Shown here in pieces: positions 19,165 through 26,843 of a DNA stretch of 64,000 bases. The position numbers were made by a program, and so were the translations under genes. The first letter of the stretch is position 1. Every line of letters starts with the position of its first letter. A model generated the notes under the pieces. The model made no database searches. It saw only the letters and a list, made by a program, of their open reading frames with translations, and was not told where the DNA came from. The DNA is from Candidatus Campbellbacteria bacterium. Lineage in GTDB: Bacteria; Patescibacteriota; Minisyncoccia; Phycocordibacterales; EsbW-18. Where the stretch lies: NCBI GenBank assembly GCA_016699465.1, contig CP064977.1:10096-74095 (forward strand). Reading direction: 5' to 3'.

Positions 19165-19712
19165 TGATAACGCTTGTACGTGTAAGCCGAATTCTGTAGT
19201 CGTTTTTCGCGACCGACAATCATTTATCTTGCCCCAGTCATTACTGAAGGGGTCTTTGCGGTTCTTCCAGCACACAATTTACCATTATCTCTTTTGTTGT
19301 TGCGTAGAGTTTTTTGAAAACCCCTTCGATAGGACAACAATGGTAAATTGTGTGCTGGACACGACCTTGCATGTAGGTAAGGATTTTGCCGTTTCACTTC
19401 GATGTTGCCATCGAAATAATCCACAAGGGATTGTTTGTGCGTTGCCACACAAACCGTCACTGCTCGCACCTCTATACTTGCGTATGATGGGCGTTACCCA
19501 CTACCGTCCTGCTAATCTCACCCACCGAAGATGTTTGCACATTTAAGCGCCCCGTTGTAACTTTAAGAAATTACAGGGCCCCGCCTTCACACTAAAGTGT
19601 TTCGGCGGGATGCTCAATTGTTGCAACTACCTTCGGTAGGCAAAATTGGCACATGTTCGGACTTTCCTCACTCTGTGAAAGAACACAGGCGCGATTGCCC
19701 TGTACAAGCAGG
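19165..19712 (-). ncRNA. rnpB: RNase P RNA (bacterial type A-like), unusually long at about 550 nt with insertions
   Basis: Minus-strand reading contains the P4 5' strand GAGGAAAGTCCGAAC (forward 19655-19668) and the P4 3' strand ACAGAATTCGGCTTAC (forward 19181-19196). A P1 pairing GCTTGTAC/GTACAAGC lies at the ends. Other matches are GGTAACGCC (the P9 region) and GATAAATGATTGTC...GACTACAGAA (the region before the 3' P4). Ends are approximate. Confidence 0.6.
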
Positions 19713-19717
19713 AGAAG

Positions 19718-19813
19718 TATACCCAGCACTAAATGTTTTGCAAGCCCAACACTAAATTTTAGTGTTGGGCAAGTCCACAATTACCCCGTATTTTATGTTT
19801 AGTGCTGGGTATA
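19718..19813. repeat. Nested palindromic element upstream (on the minus strand) of rnpB. The motif CC(A/G)GCACTAAA occurs four times in alternating orientation, including a near-perfect 27-bp palindrome.
   Basis: Outer arms acccagcactaaa (19721-19733) and tttagtgctgggt (19798-19810). Inner arms gcccaacactaaa (19744-19756) and tttagtgttgggc (19758-19770). Confidence 0.6.
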
Positions 19814-19909
19814 CGTGTAATTTTAAACAAAAGCAAGCCTAGAGCACAACCTTGTTTTAGTGACTCTTTCATACGAACCTGCTATCATTTGTAGTGCATA
19901 TAGATTGTT

Positions 19910-21589
19910 ATGATACAAAGGTTTTTTGCACTTTTCTCAACAAAGATAGAAAGTCTCCATAATGCGGCGTACGTCATCGCTTTTTTTGCTCTTACATCAC
20001 AACTATTAGGTCTCATACGAGATCGGCTATTGGCACACACGTTTGGCGCGAGTGCATCCCTCGATGTGTACTATGCATCTTTTAGGATTCCCGATGTTAT
20101 ATTTGCGTCAATTGCCTCATTTGTGTCTTTGTTTGTCCTCATTCCGTTTCTTACTAAAAGATTGGAAACAGATCGGAGGGATGCGCGTCAGTTTCTTTCT
20201 GAAGTGACGACAGTATTTACGCTTTTCATGGTTGGTAGTAGTGCCATACTATGGTTTCTCGTTCCTTCACTCTCACATTTTTTGTATCCAGGATTTTCTA
20301 TCAATGAATTGCACGTTCTTGTTTCACTCACGCGGATACTCTTGTTGTCACCAATTCTTCTTGGGTTGTCCAATATTGTTGCAAGCGTGACGCAGGTAAC
20401 AAAAAAGTTTTTTGTATATGCTCTTTCACCCATTTTGTATAACGCCGGCATTATCGTTGGTGTTGTTGTTTTTTATCCACTCTTTGGTATGTCAGGGTTA
20501 ACATACGGAGTTGTCTTGGGTGCTCTCTTACATCTCGGTATTCAAATTCCAACACTCATCACTGAACGACTTGTTCCGCAAATAACAACATCCATTGTGT
20601 GGTCAGATATTGCATCGTTGGTATATGTTTCTATACCGAGAACGATGGCGCTCGCATTTGATCAAATTATTTTAATGATACTTATTGGTATAGCGTCACG
20701 GTTTCCTGCGGGTTCTATTACGGTATTCACGTTTGCCCTTAATGTGAATTTAGCTCCGCTTACCATTATTGGTGTTTCGTATTCTGTGGCGGCGTTTCCT
20801 ACGTTGGTACATCTTTTTTCAAGTGGAAAGAAGGATGTGTTTGTTGAACACCTATTAACCGCAGTTCGACATATTCTTTTTTGGTCGTTACCAGCAACAA
20901 TGTTATTTATTGTGCTTCGAGCACACATTGTTCGACTCCTTTTTGGATCGGGAGCTTTTGATTGGTCGGCAACGCGTTTGACCGCAGCTGCAATGGCAAT
21001 GCTCGTGGTGTCACTTACAGCACACTGCATCGTGCTTCTCTTTGTGCGTGGATATTATGCTGCGGGAAAGACGGCGCGACCGTTTTGGGTGAATGTATCG
21101 ACATCAGCTCTGACCCTCTGTGCTTCCTATGGAAGTGTTGTCTTGTATCAACACGTTGATTGGGTGCGTTATTTTATTGAGTCACTCTTTCGTGTTGATG
21201 ATGTGCCGGGCACTATTGTTATTATGCTTTCGCTTGGATATAGCGTTGGGATGATAGCAAATGCCATTGGGTACGTGCTTCTTTTTAGAAAAGATTTTGG
21301 CGGACATTTACCTGAGTCTGTATATAGAACGTTTTGGCAAAGTTTTGCCGCCTCGGTTATTGCTGGTGCCAGTGCGTACATTACGCTTAGGGTATTGGAG
21401 CCGTTCGTGCACCTCGATTCGTTTATGGGTGTTTTGTCGCAGGGTATGAGTGCAGCCTTCGTTGGATTTGGTATTTATATTGTCATACTTGTTGGGCTAC
21501 ATAACCAAGAAGTTGCCGAGATGTGGCACACGCTTCACGCGAAGTTCTGGCGCGAGAAAACAATTATTCCAAACCCTGAGGAACTGTAG
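19910..21589 (+). CDS. murJ: Lipid II flippase MurJ (MviN family)
   Basis: About 14 TM helices and the N-terminal region LGLIRDRLLAHTFGAS...YYASFRIPD, characteristic of MurJ. Confidence 0.85.
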   Translation: MIQRFFALFSTKIESLHNAAYVIAFFALTSQLLGLIRDRLLAHTFGASASLDVYYASFRIPDVIFASIASFVSLFVLIPFLTKRLETDRRDARQFLSEVTTVFTLFMVGSSAILWFLVPSLSHFLYPGFSINELHVLVSLTRILLLSPILLGLSNIVASVTQVTKKFFVYALSPILYNAGIIVGVVVFYPLFGMSGLTYGVVLGALLHLGIQIPTLITERLVPQITTSIVWSDIASLVYVSIPRTMALAFDQIILMILIGIASRFPAGSITVFTFALNVNLAPLTIIGVSYSVAAFPTLVHLFSSGKKDVFVEHLLTAVRHILFWSLPATMLFIVLRAHIVRLLFGSGAFDWSATRLTAAAMAMLVVSLTAHCIVLLFVRGYYAAGKTARPFWVNVSTSALTLCASYGSVVLYQHVDWVRYFIESLFRVDDVPGTIVIMLSLGYSVGMIANAIGYVLLFRKDFGGHLPESVYRTFWQSFAASVIAGASAYITLRVLEPFVHLDSFMGVLSQGMSAAFVGFGIYIVILVGLHNQEVAEMWHTLHAKFWREKTIIPNPEEL

Positions 21590-21630
21590 CTCCTTTCACA
21601 AGTTTGTTTTTCTGGTAGTATTGACACACC

Positions 21631-23418
21631 ATGCACTCACGTCTCATACGAAATTTCAGTATTATTGCGCATATTGATCACGGGAAGTCCACGCTGGCTG
21701 ATCGGATGCTTGAGGTAACGCACACCATAGAAAAACGCAAAATGCGTGAGCAGGTGCTTGATTCTATGGATCTTGAGCGTGAAAGAGGCATTACTATCAA
21801 AATGGCTCCTGTGCGTATGGATTTTGCCACAGGGGGTGAGAAGTACGTTCTCAACCTCATTGATACTCCAGGGCACATTGATTTCTCATACGAAGTGTCG
21901 CGGGCACTGAAGGCTGTTGAGGGAACACTTCTGCTTGTTGATGCAACGCAGGGTGTTCAAGCACAAACACTTACCACACTTGCGATGGCACGTGAGCAGG
22001 GTCTCGCTATTATTCCAGTGCTTTCAAAAATTGATTCACCACTTGCTCGCGTTGATGATATTGCATTAGAAATTATTGAAATACTCGACTGTGATCCAGA
22101 ATCTATTATGAAAGTGTCTGGTAGAACAGGTGAAGGTGTTGAGGCGCTGTTACAAGAAATAGTGAAGCGTGTTCCGCCACCAACACAAGAAACAGGTGAA
22201 TCGCTGCAAGCACTTGTGTTTGATTTTACGTATTCAAATCATCGCGGCATTATTGTGCACACGCGAATTATGAACGGTCGGGTGTCTGCAAAAGATCGCT
22301 TGTTATTTAGTGCTGCTCGAGAAGAATGTTTTGCGGGTGAGGTCGGTGTGTTTACTCCACAAGAGCATGCGATGGAGTCACTTGGTCCTGGAGAAATTGG
22401 GTATATTGTGACAGGAATTAAAAAACCAGGTATTGCATCTGTCGGAGACACATTAACAAAACCAAAAGATCCTGCCGAACCGCTCCACGGGTACCAACAA
22501 CCGCGACCTGTTGTGTGGGCAAGTATTTTTCCTGAAGGACAAGATGATTTTGCGTTATTGCGTCAAGCTCTTGAACGATTACGTCTTTCTGATTCGTCTT
22601 TATCATATGAAGAAGAGGCGTCTGGTACGCTCGGGCGAGGGTTTCGATGTGGTTTTTTGGGAATGTTGCATCTTGAAATTGTGACAGAGCGATTGCGTCG
22701 TGAGTCAAATCTTTCTCTTGTCGTAACGACACCGTCTATTACGTATGAGGTAACATATAAAAATGGTGAAACAGAAATGATTTATTCACCAGCGTTTTTT
22801 CCTGATTATGGCACTGCTGTGCGCATACGTGAACCGTGGGTTGCGGTGCATCTTATTACGCCGTCAGAATACATGAATGCAATTATGCAGTTGCTCTATG
22901 ATCACGAAGCATCGTTACAAGATTCAAGGACGTTTCGTGATGGGCGTATATCACTTTCAATCACTATGCCGTTGCGTGAACTCATGCGTGGATTTTTTGA
23001 TGCGATAAAAAGTGTGACAGCCGGATACGCGTCATTGTCATATGAGCTTACTGATATGAAAGATGCGGACGTACTACGTCTTGATATTCTTGTTGCTGAT
23101 GATGTGGTGACTGCATTTTCACGTGTAGTATCTCATCGAACACTTGAAGAAGAAGCGCGAAAGGCGGTTGAAAAACTCGCCGCAGCTCTTCCTCGTCAGT
23201 TGTTCGTAACAAAAATTCAGGCACGAGCCAAGGGACGTATTATTGCCTCAGAAACGCTTAAGGCGATGCGTAAAGATGTGACGGGGTATTTGTATGGAGG
23301 TGATATTACACGAAAAATGAAACTCCTTGAAAAACAAAAGAGGGGAAAGAAGAAAATGCTCAAGAATGCAAAAGTAAACATTCCCCATGAGGTTTTTCTC
23401 AAAATGGTCAAAGAGTAA
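21631..23418 (+). CDS. lepA: Elongation factor 4 (LepA)
   Basis: NFSIIAHIDHGKSTLADR, DTPGHIDF, the LepA-specific C-terminal domain, and a KKK-rich tail. Confidence 0.95.
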   Translation: MHSRLIRNFSIIAHIDHGKSTLADRMLEVTHTIEKRKMREQVLDSMDLERERGITIKMAPVRMDFATGGEKYVLNLIDTPGHIDFSYEVSRALKAVEGTLLLVDATQGVQAQTLTTLAMAREQGLAIIPVLSKIDSPLARVDDIALEIIEILDCDPESIMKVSGRTGEGVEALLQEIVKRVPPPTQETGESLQALVFDFTYSNHRGIIVHTRIMNGRVSAKDRLLFSAAREECFAGEVGVFTPQEHAMESLGPGEIGYIVTGIKKPGIASVGDTLTKPKDPAEPLHGYQQPRPVVWASIFPEGQDDFALLRQALERLRLSDSSLSYEEEASGTLGRGFRCGFLGMLHLEIVTERLRRESNLSLVVTTPSITYEVTYKNGETEMIYSPAFFPDYGTAVRIREPWVAVHLITPSEYMNAIMQLLYDHEASLQDSRTFRDGRISLSITMPLRELMRGFFDAIKSVTAGYASLSYELTDMKDADVLRLDILVADDVVTAFSRVVSHRTLEEEARKAVEKLAAALPRQLFVTKIQARAKGRIIASETLKAMRKDVTGYLYGGDITRKMKLLEKQKRGKKKMLKNAKVNIPHEVFLKMVKE

Positions 23419-23695
23419 AAGACTGGGTCTTTGGTATGTCGTTCGGGGCTTGTGAGCACTGGTACCACTATCTAAAAAGGGCAGGGGTGTACAAGGCAAT
23501 CATGCTGATGATAACCAAGACGACGATCACTATCCAAACGACTTTTACAACTTTTTGTGTTTTCTTGTGGAATAACATATGACATGTGGGATTGTAGCAC
23601 AGCTTTGTGGGGTATATCCAGCACGTGATGTGTCTTAGCGATTGTGTCACAGCACTTTCAAATGAAGCGGGCTCTGGATATACTAAGGTGACGTT

Positions 23696-24067
23696 ATGGC
23701 AGATTTTAAACAAAAACAAAAGGCTCGACGACTTCTCTATTCCAACGTAACGCTTGTTGTGTTGAGTATGTTGCTGCTGATCACCGGAAAAGAGCTGTGG
23801 GATATTTTTAAAAAGAGACAGCAGGCGGAAGATGGGCTTGCGCGTGTACAAGCACACTATCAAGATTTACTTCAACGAAAAGAATTTCTCTCATCAGAAA
23901 TACAGTCACTGGAAACACCTGAGGGTATTGAATCAAAATTACGCGGACGATATAGTATTGCCAAGTCGGGAGAAAAAGTGATTGTTCTTGTTGCTGATGA
24001 AAAGGCAACAAGTACGGAGGCCGTTAAAGTGGGGTGGTGGAGTAGGTTGTGGGGGTGGCTGTGGTAA
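23696..24067 (+). CDS. FtsB/DivIC-like septum formation initiator
   Basis: Single TM, a coiled coil, and the C-terminal motif TPEGIESKLRGRYSIAKSGEKVIVL. Confidence 0.6.
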   Translation: MADFKQKQKARRLLYSNVTLVVLSMLLLITGKELWDIFKKRQQAEDGLARVQAHYQDLLQRKEFLSSEIQSLETPEGIESKLRGRYSIAKSGEKVIVLVADEKATSTEAVKVGWWSRLWGWLW

Positions 24068-24075
24068 CACAAAGA

Positions 24076-24146
24076 GCGGGCATAGTTTAGTGGTAGAATA
24101 CGACCTTCCCAAGGTTGAGACCCGAGTTCGATTCTCGGTGCCCGCA
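24076..24146 (+). tRNA. tRNA-Gly(CCC)
   Basis: Anticodon stem-loop CGACC-TTCCCAA-GGTTG, T-arm CCGAG-TTCGATT-CTCGG, acceptor GCGGGCA/TGCCCGC. Confidence 0.75.
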
Positions 24147-24288
24147 CAAAACAAGGGAACCGGATGTGTCAATATTCGGTGACGATTGTTTTGTAGCATG
24201 GAAACGAGAATCGAAAGACGCAGTCCCGCAGAGCGGGACGAGTTGGGGTCGCGAGTACTTATGAGCAAAGCGAATTAGTAACTCGTGA

Positions 24289-24326
24289 CCGATTCTCGGT
24301 GCCCGCACAAAACAGGGGAACCGGAT
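24289..24326. repeat. Direct repeat of the tRNA-Gly 3' end plus 20 nt downstream (38 nt, one mismatch), 140 bp after the intact tRNA-Gly
   Basis: cgattctcggtgcccgcacaaaaca[a/g]gggaaccggatg at 24129-24166 and again at 24289-24326. Confidence 0.8.
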
Positions 24327-24368
24327 GCGCACAAAACTGTTTGTGCGCATGGGGTCACATTTTCAATG

Positions 24369-24440
24369 TGCCCCCACCAGGAATTGAACCCAGATCGTTT
24401 CCTTAGGACGGAACTGCTCTATCCGTTGAGCTATGGGGGC
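24369..24440 (-). tRNA. tRNA-Arg(CCT)
   Basis: Reverse complement gives GCCCCCA-TA-GCTC-AACGGATA-GAGC with anticodon loop GTCCTAA and T-loop TTCAATT. The T-stem has two G-U pairs. Confidence 0.65.
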
Positions 24441-24492
24441 TATACACGTATTCATACTATATACTATATTCAACATACGATATACTACTTAT

Positions 24493-24747
24493 ATGAACCC
24501 CGAAGAAAAAAAACTTCTTGAAGAAACTGCAGCTCTTGTAAAAGAAACACATGGGCTTGTAAAAAAAATACACACACATATTATGTGGGGAAGTGTTATA
24601 CGTGTGGGGTATTGGGTGGTTATTATTGGTGCTTCTGTCGGTGCATTCTATCTTATACAACCGTATATTGACGTACTTAAGGATTCGTTCGGTGGTGAAA
24701 ATGGAACTACACAAAATAGTCTGATTGAAAACTATTTGAATTTTTAG
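24493..24747 (+). CDS. Small hypothetical membrane protein (84 aa)
   Basis: Start at MNPEEKKLL, one TM helix (VGYWVVIIGASVGAFYLI). No homolog recognised. Confidence 0.35.
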   Translation: MNPEEKKLLEETAALVKETHGLVKKIHTHIMWGSVIRVGYWVVIIGASVGAFYLIQPYIDVLKDSFGGENGTTQNSLIENYLNF

Positions 24748-25004
24748 TGGGTGGATGAGGACAAAAGAATGTGGTATTCTGTTTTCACCTGTCGAGGTAA
24801 TCGGGTCAAAGCCTTTTTGTCTCGGTGGATATGGATGTTTATTTGCCGGAGTAAGAAAACGTTGTTTTCTTGCCTCGGTGGCACTCGGAGAACGTGGATG
24901 CTCACGCTCCCCATTTTCTCAGAGTCAAGAGAAAACAAAAGCGAGCTTTTCTTTTCTCTTTTTCTTCGAAAATACGCGCTCGCATTCGCGTACAATCCTC
25001 ACTT

Positions 25005-25077
25005 GCCGAGGTAGCTCAGTTGGTAGAGCATCGCCCTGAAGAGGCGGGGGTCACCAGTTCGAACCTGGTCCTCGGCA
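25005..25077 (+). tRNA. tRNA-Phe(GAA)
   Basis: GCCGAGG-TA-GCTCAGTTGGTAGAGC, anticodon loop CTGAAGA, T-arm ACCAG-TTCGAAC-CTGGT. Confidence 0.85.
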
Positions 25078-25284
25078 CATGAAAATCGGTCTCATAATCG
25101 TTGGAGTGTTGGTTGTCCTTGGCGTGGTACTTTTGATGCCTTTGGGTACGAATCACTCATCAGTGTTGCGTGTGTGTAAGTTTGATGAAATGGCTGGAAC
25201 GTATTCGAGATGTTTTTGGCGCTGGGATGATTCTCTGAGCAATCCGTCAATTTATTTTTAAAACTAGCGTAACCTGTATGACGT

Positions 25285-25518
25285 ATGGGAAATAAAATAG
25301 CTTTTTTCTTTCTAGCACTAGTGGGAACGTGTCTCCTGGGTCTTATTGGATGGGTTGTTTTAGCAACGTATGGAGGTAACTACGCAGAAGATTTCATTGC
25401 TTTCGGTTTGCGTGGGTATGAAGCTACTGGTTTCATAGGACAGTGTGTTGGACTTGTTCTCGGAGTTGTTATGACGATATATATTTACCAAAAAAACTTT
25501 AAAAAGAATGTGTTGTAA
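25285..25518 (+). CDS. Small hypothetical membrane protein (77 aa, two TM helices)
   Basis: ORF with two hydrophobic helices, followed by the hairpin aaaaaccgcc-cgaa-ggcggttttttg. Confidence 0.3.
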   Translation: MGNKIAFFFLALVGTCLLGLIGWVVLATYGGNYAEDFIAFGLRGYEATGFIGQCVGLVLGVVMTIYIYQKNFKKNVL

Positions 25519-25558
25519 GTAGCGCGAATAAAAAACCGCCCGAAGGCGGTTTTTTGTA

Positions 25559-26023
25559 TTAGATTGTTCGAATACGGAGTTTTGTTTGTCGTTGTTTATC
25601 AATCTTTGGAAGTCGAATGGTGAGAAGTCCGTTTTTAAGTTCTGCCACTGCATCTTCTGCTTTGACCTCTGCTGGGAGCAGTATTGTTCGAGCAAATGTA
25701 CCCCAGTACAATTCACGATGGAAGTAGTCGCTGTCGTCGGCCTCGTACATTTCTCTACGTGAACCCTTAATGGTCACCATCTCTTGACTAATGGACACAT
25801 CGAGATCGTCGAGACCTACCCCTGCCACCATCGTTTTTATGATGATTTCAGTTGGTGTTTGGCTTACGTCAACAGCGAGTTCCGCTTCTTGCTCTCGATC
25901 TTCGGCGAGTGTACTAATACTATCTTTGCGCATGAGATCTTTTGGACTCTCGTCGTCATCAAGAAAATCGTCATCAGTATTGATTGCGCCTGTTAGTCGT
26001 TGAAAGAATGATTGTTTTTTCAT
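25559..26023 (-). CDS. Hsp20/alpha-crystallin family small heat-shock protein
   Basis: Alpha-crystallin domain with GLLTIRLPK and an IRI-like C-terminal motif. The start is taken at the internal MKKQSFF. Confidence 0.85.
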   Translation of the reverse strand: MKKQSFFQRLTGAINTDDDFLDDDESPKDLMRKDSISTLAEDREQEAELAVDVSQTPTEIIIKTMVAGVGLDDLDVSISQEMVTIKGSRREMYEADDSDYFHRELYWGTFARTILLPAEVKAEDAVAELKNGLLTIRLPKIDKQRQTKLRIRTI

Positions 26024-26101
26024 GATAAGTAGTAGGGGGCAATTATTTTTATAACATCGTATCTTGTATTGTATCATCCGTGGCACAACTCGCCAGAGTA
26101 G

Positions 26102-26788
26102 TTACTGTGGACGAACATGTTTAACATCTTCAAAGAGCAACATGAGTCCAATAACGAGTATCCACAACATGGCAAAAACATAGAAAATACCGTCTGTGCC
26201 TCCTTGTACAATAAAATAATTGAACCCGGCATGAAGAAGCACCGCGCCAATGAGGCCAAGCCAAAAATATTCATGTTGCACTTTTTTCTTTTTATAAAAT
26301 GAAAGCGCAATCATGCCCCCAATGACCGATGAGGCCACAACATGGAGGAGCGATGTGCCAATGAAGCGAATATTTCCTGTGAGAATTCCCGTAAATGCGT
26401 CACCTTCAATAAGGGGATTGAGAAGAAAAAGCATGTTTTCCGCAGCTGCAAATCCGAGTGCTGCGGTAAGCAGGTACACCATTGCGTCAATCGGTTCATC
26501 CTCTGCCTGTGTGTGCATGCCACCGATGTACGCAGCGCCATACTTGAGTGTTTCTTCGATAAGTGCCCACGCAATGAAAATAAACAATGGAGCTGTTGAA
26601 ATAAACTCCACGGCCCGTTCAAGCGGAACAGCGAGCGCTACTCCCGCCATACCGAGTACAAAACATGCGACAAGGAGATGACGAGGTTCGGGATGACGAC
26701 GATCTTCGCGTAGCCAAAACCACAACCAGAAAAAGGCCGGAATAGAACCTCCCAAGAATGCAAAGATAACTGTTTGAAAGAGCGACAT
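26102..26788 (-). CDS. PrsW-family intramembrane metalloprotease
   Basis: Multi-TM protein with ALIEETLKY (EExxK), GFAAAENMLFL (FxxxE) and a conserved His in HVVASS. Confidence 0.65.
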   Translation of the reverse strand: MSLFQTVIFAFLGGSIPAFFWLWFWLREDRRHPEPRHLLVACFVLGMAGVALAVPLERAVEFISTAPLFIFIAWALIEETLKYGAAYIGGMHTQAEDEPIDAMVYLLTAALGFAAAENMLFLLNPLIEGDAFTGILTGNIRFIGTSLLHVVASSVIGGMIALSFYKKKKVQHEYFWLGLIGAVLLHAGFNYFIVQGGTDGIFYVFAMLWILVIGLMLLFEDVKHVRPQ

Positions 26789-26843
26789 TATTTTGTATTT
26801 ACATCAATTTCCAAACTAATCACTAACTTCTCACCCCCAACTC

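Noticed and set aside
19064-19546. 160-aa plus-strand ORF across the RNase P RNA region
   Set aside because: It overlaps the DUF192 stop and terminator and runs antisense through rnpB. The translation is Cys/His-rich junk.
23468-23863. 131-aa minus-strand ORF overlapping the ftsB-like gene. Its last 36 codons (MLFHKKTQKVVKVVWIVIVVLVIISMIALYTPALFR) could be a tiny single-TM protein.
   Set aside because: Most of the ORF is antisense to the FtsB-like gene. The 36-aa tail is too short to support without conservation data.
24751-25039. Overlapping ORFs 24751-25014, 24755-25039 and 24744-24995
   Set aside because: Three mutually exclusive frames over the same GC-rich block, running into tRNA-Phe. 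Reported instead as a possible ncRNA region.
25079-25261. 60-aa ORF starting 2 nt after tRNA-Phe
   Set aside because: No RBS. It begins inside the tRNA 3' flank. One TM-like helix only. Insufficient support.
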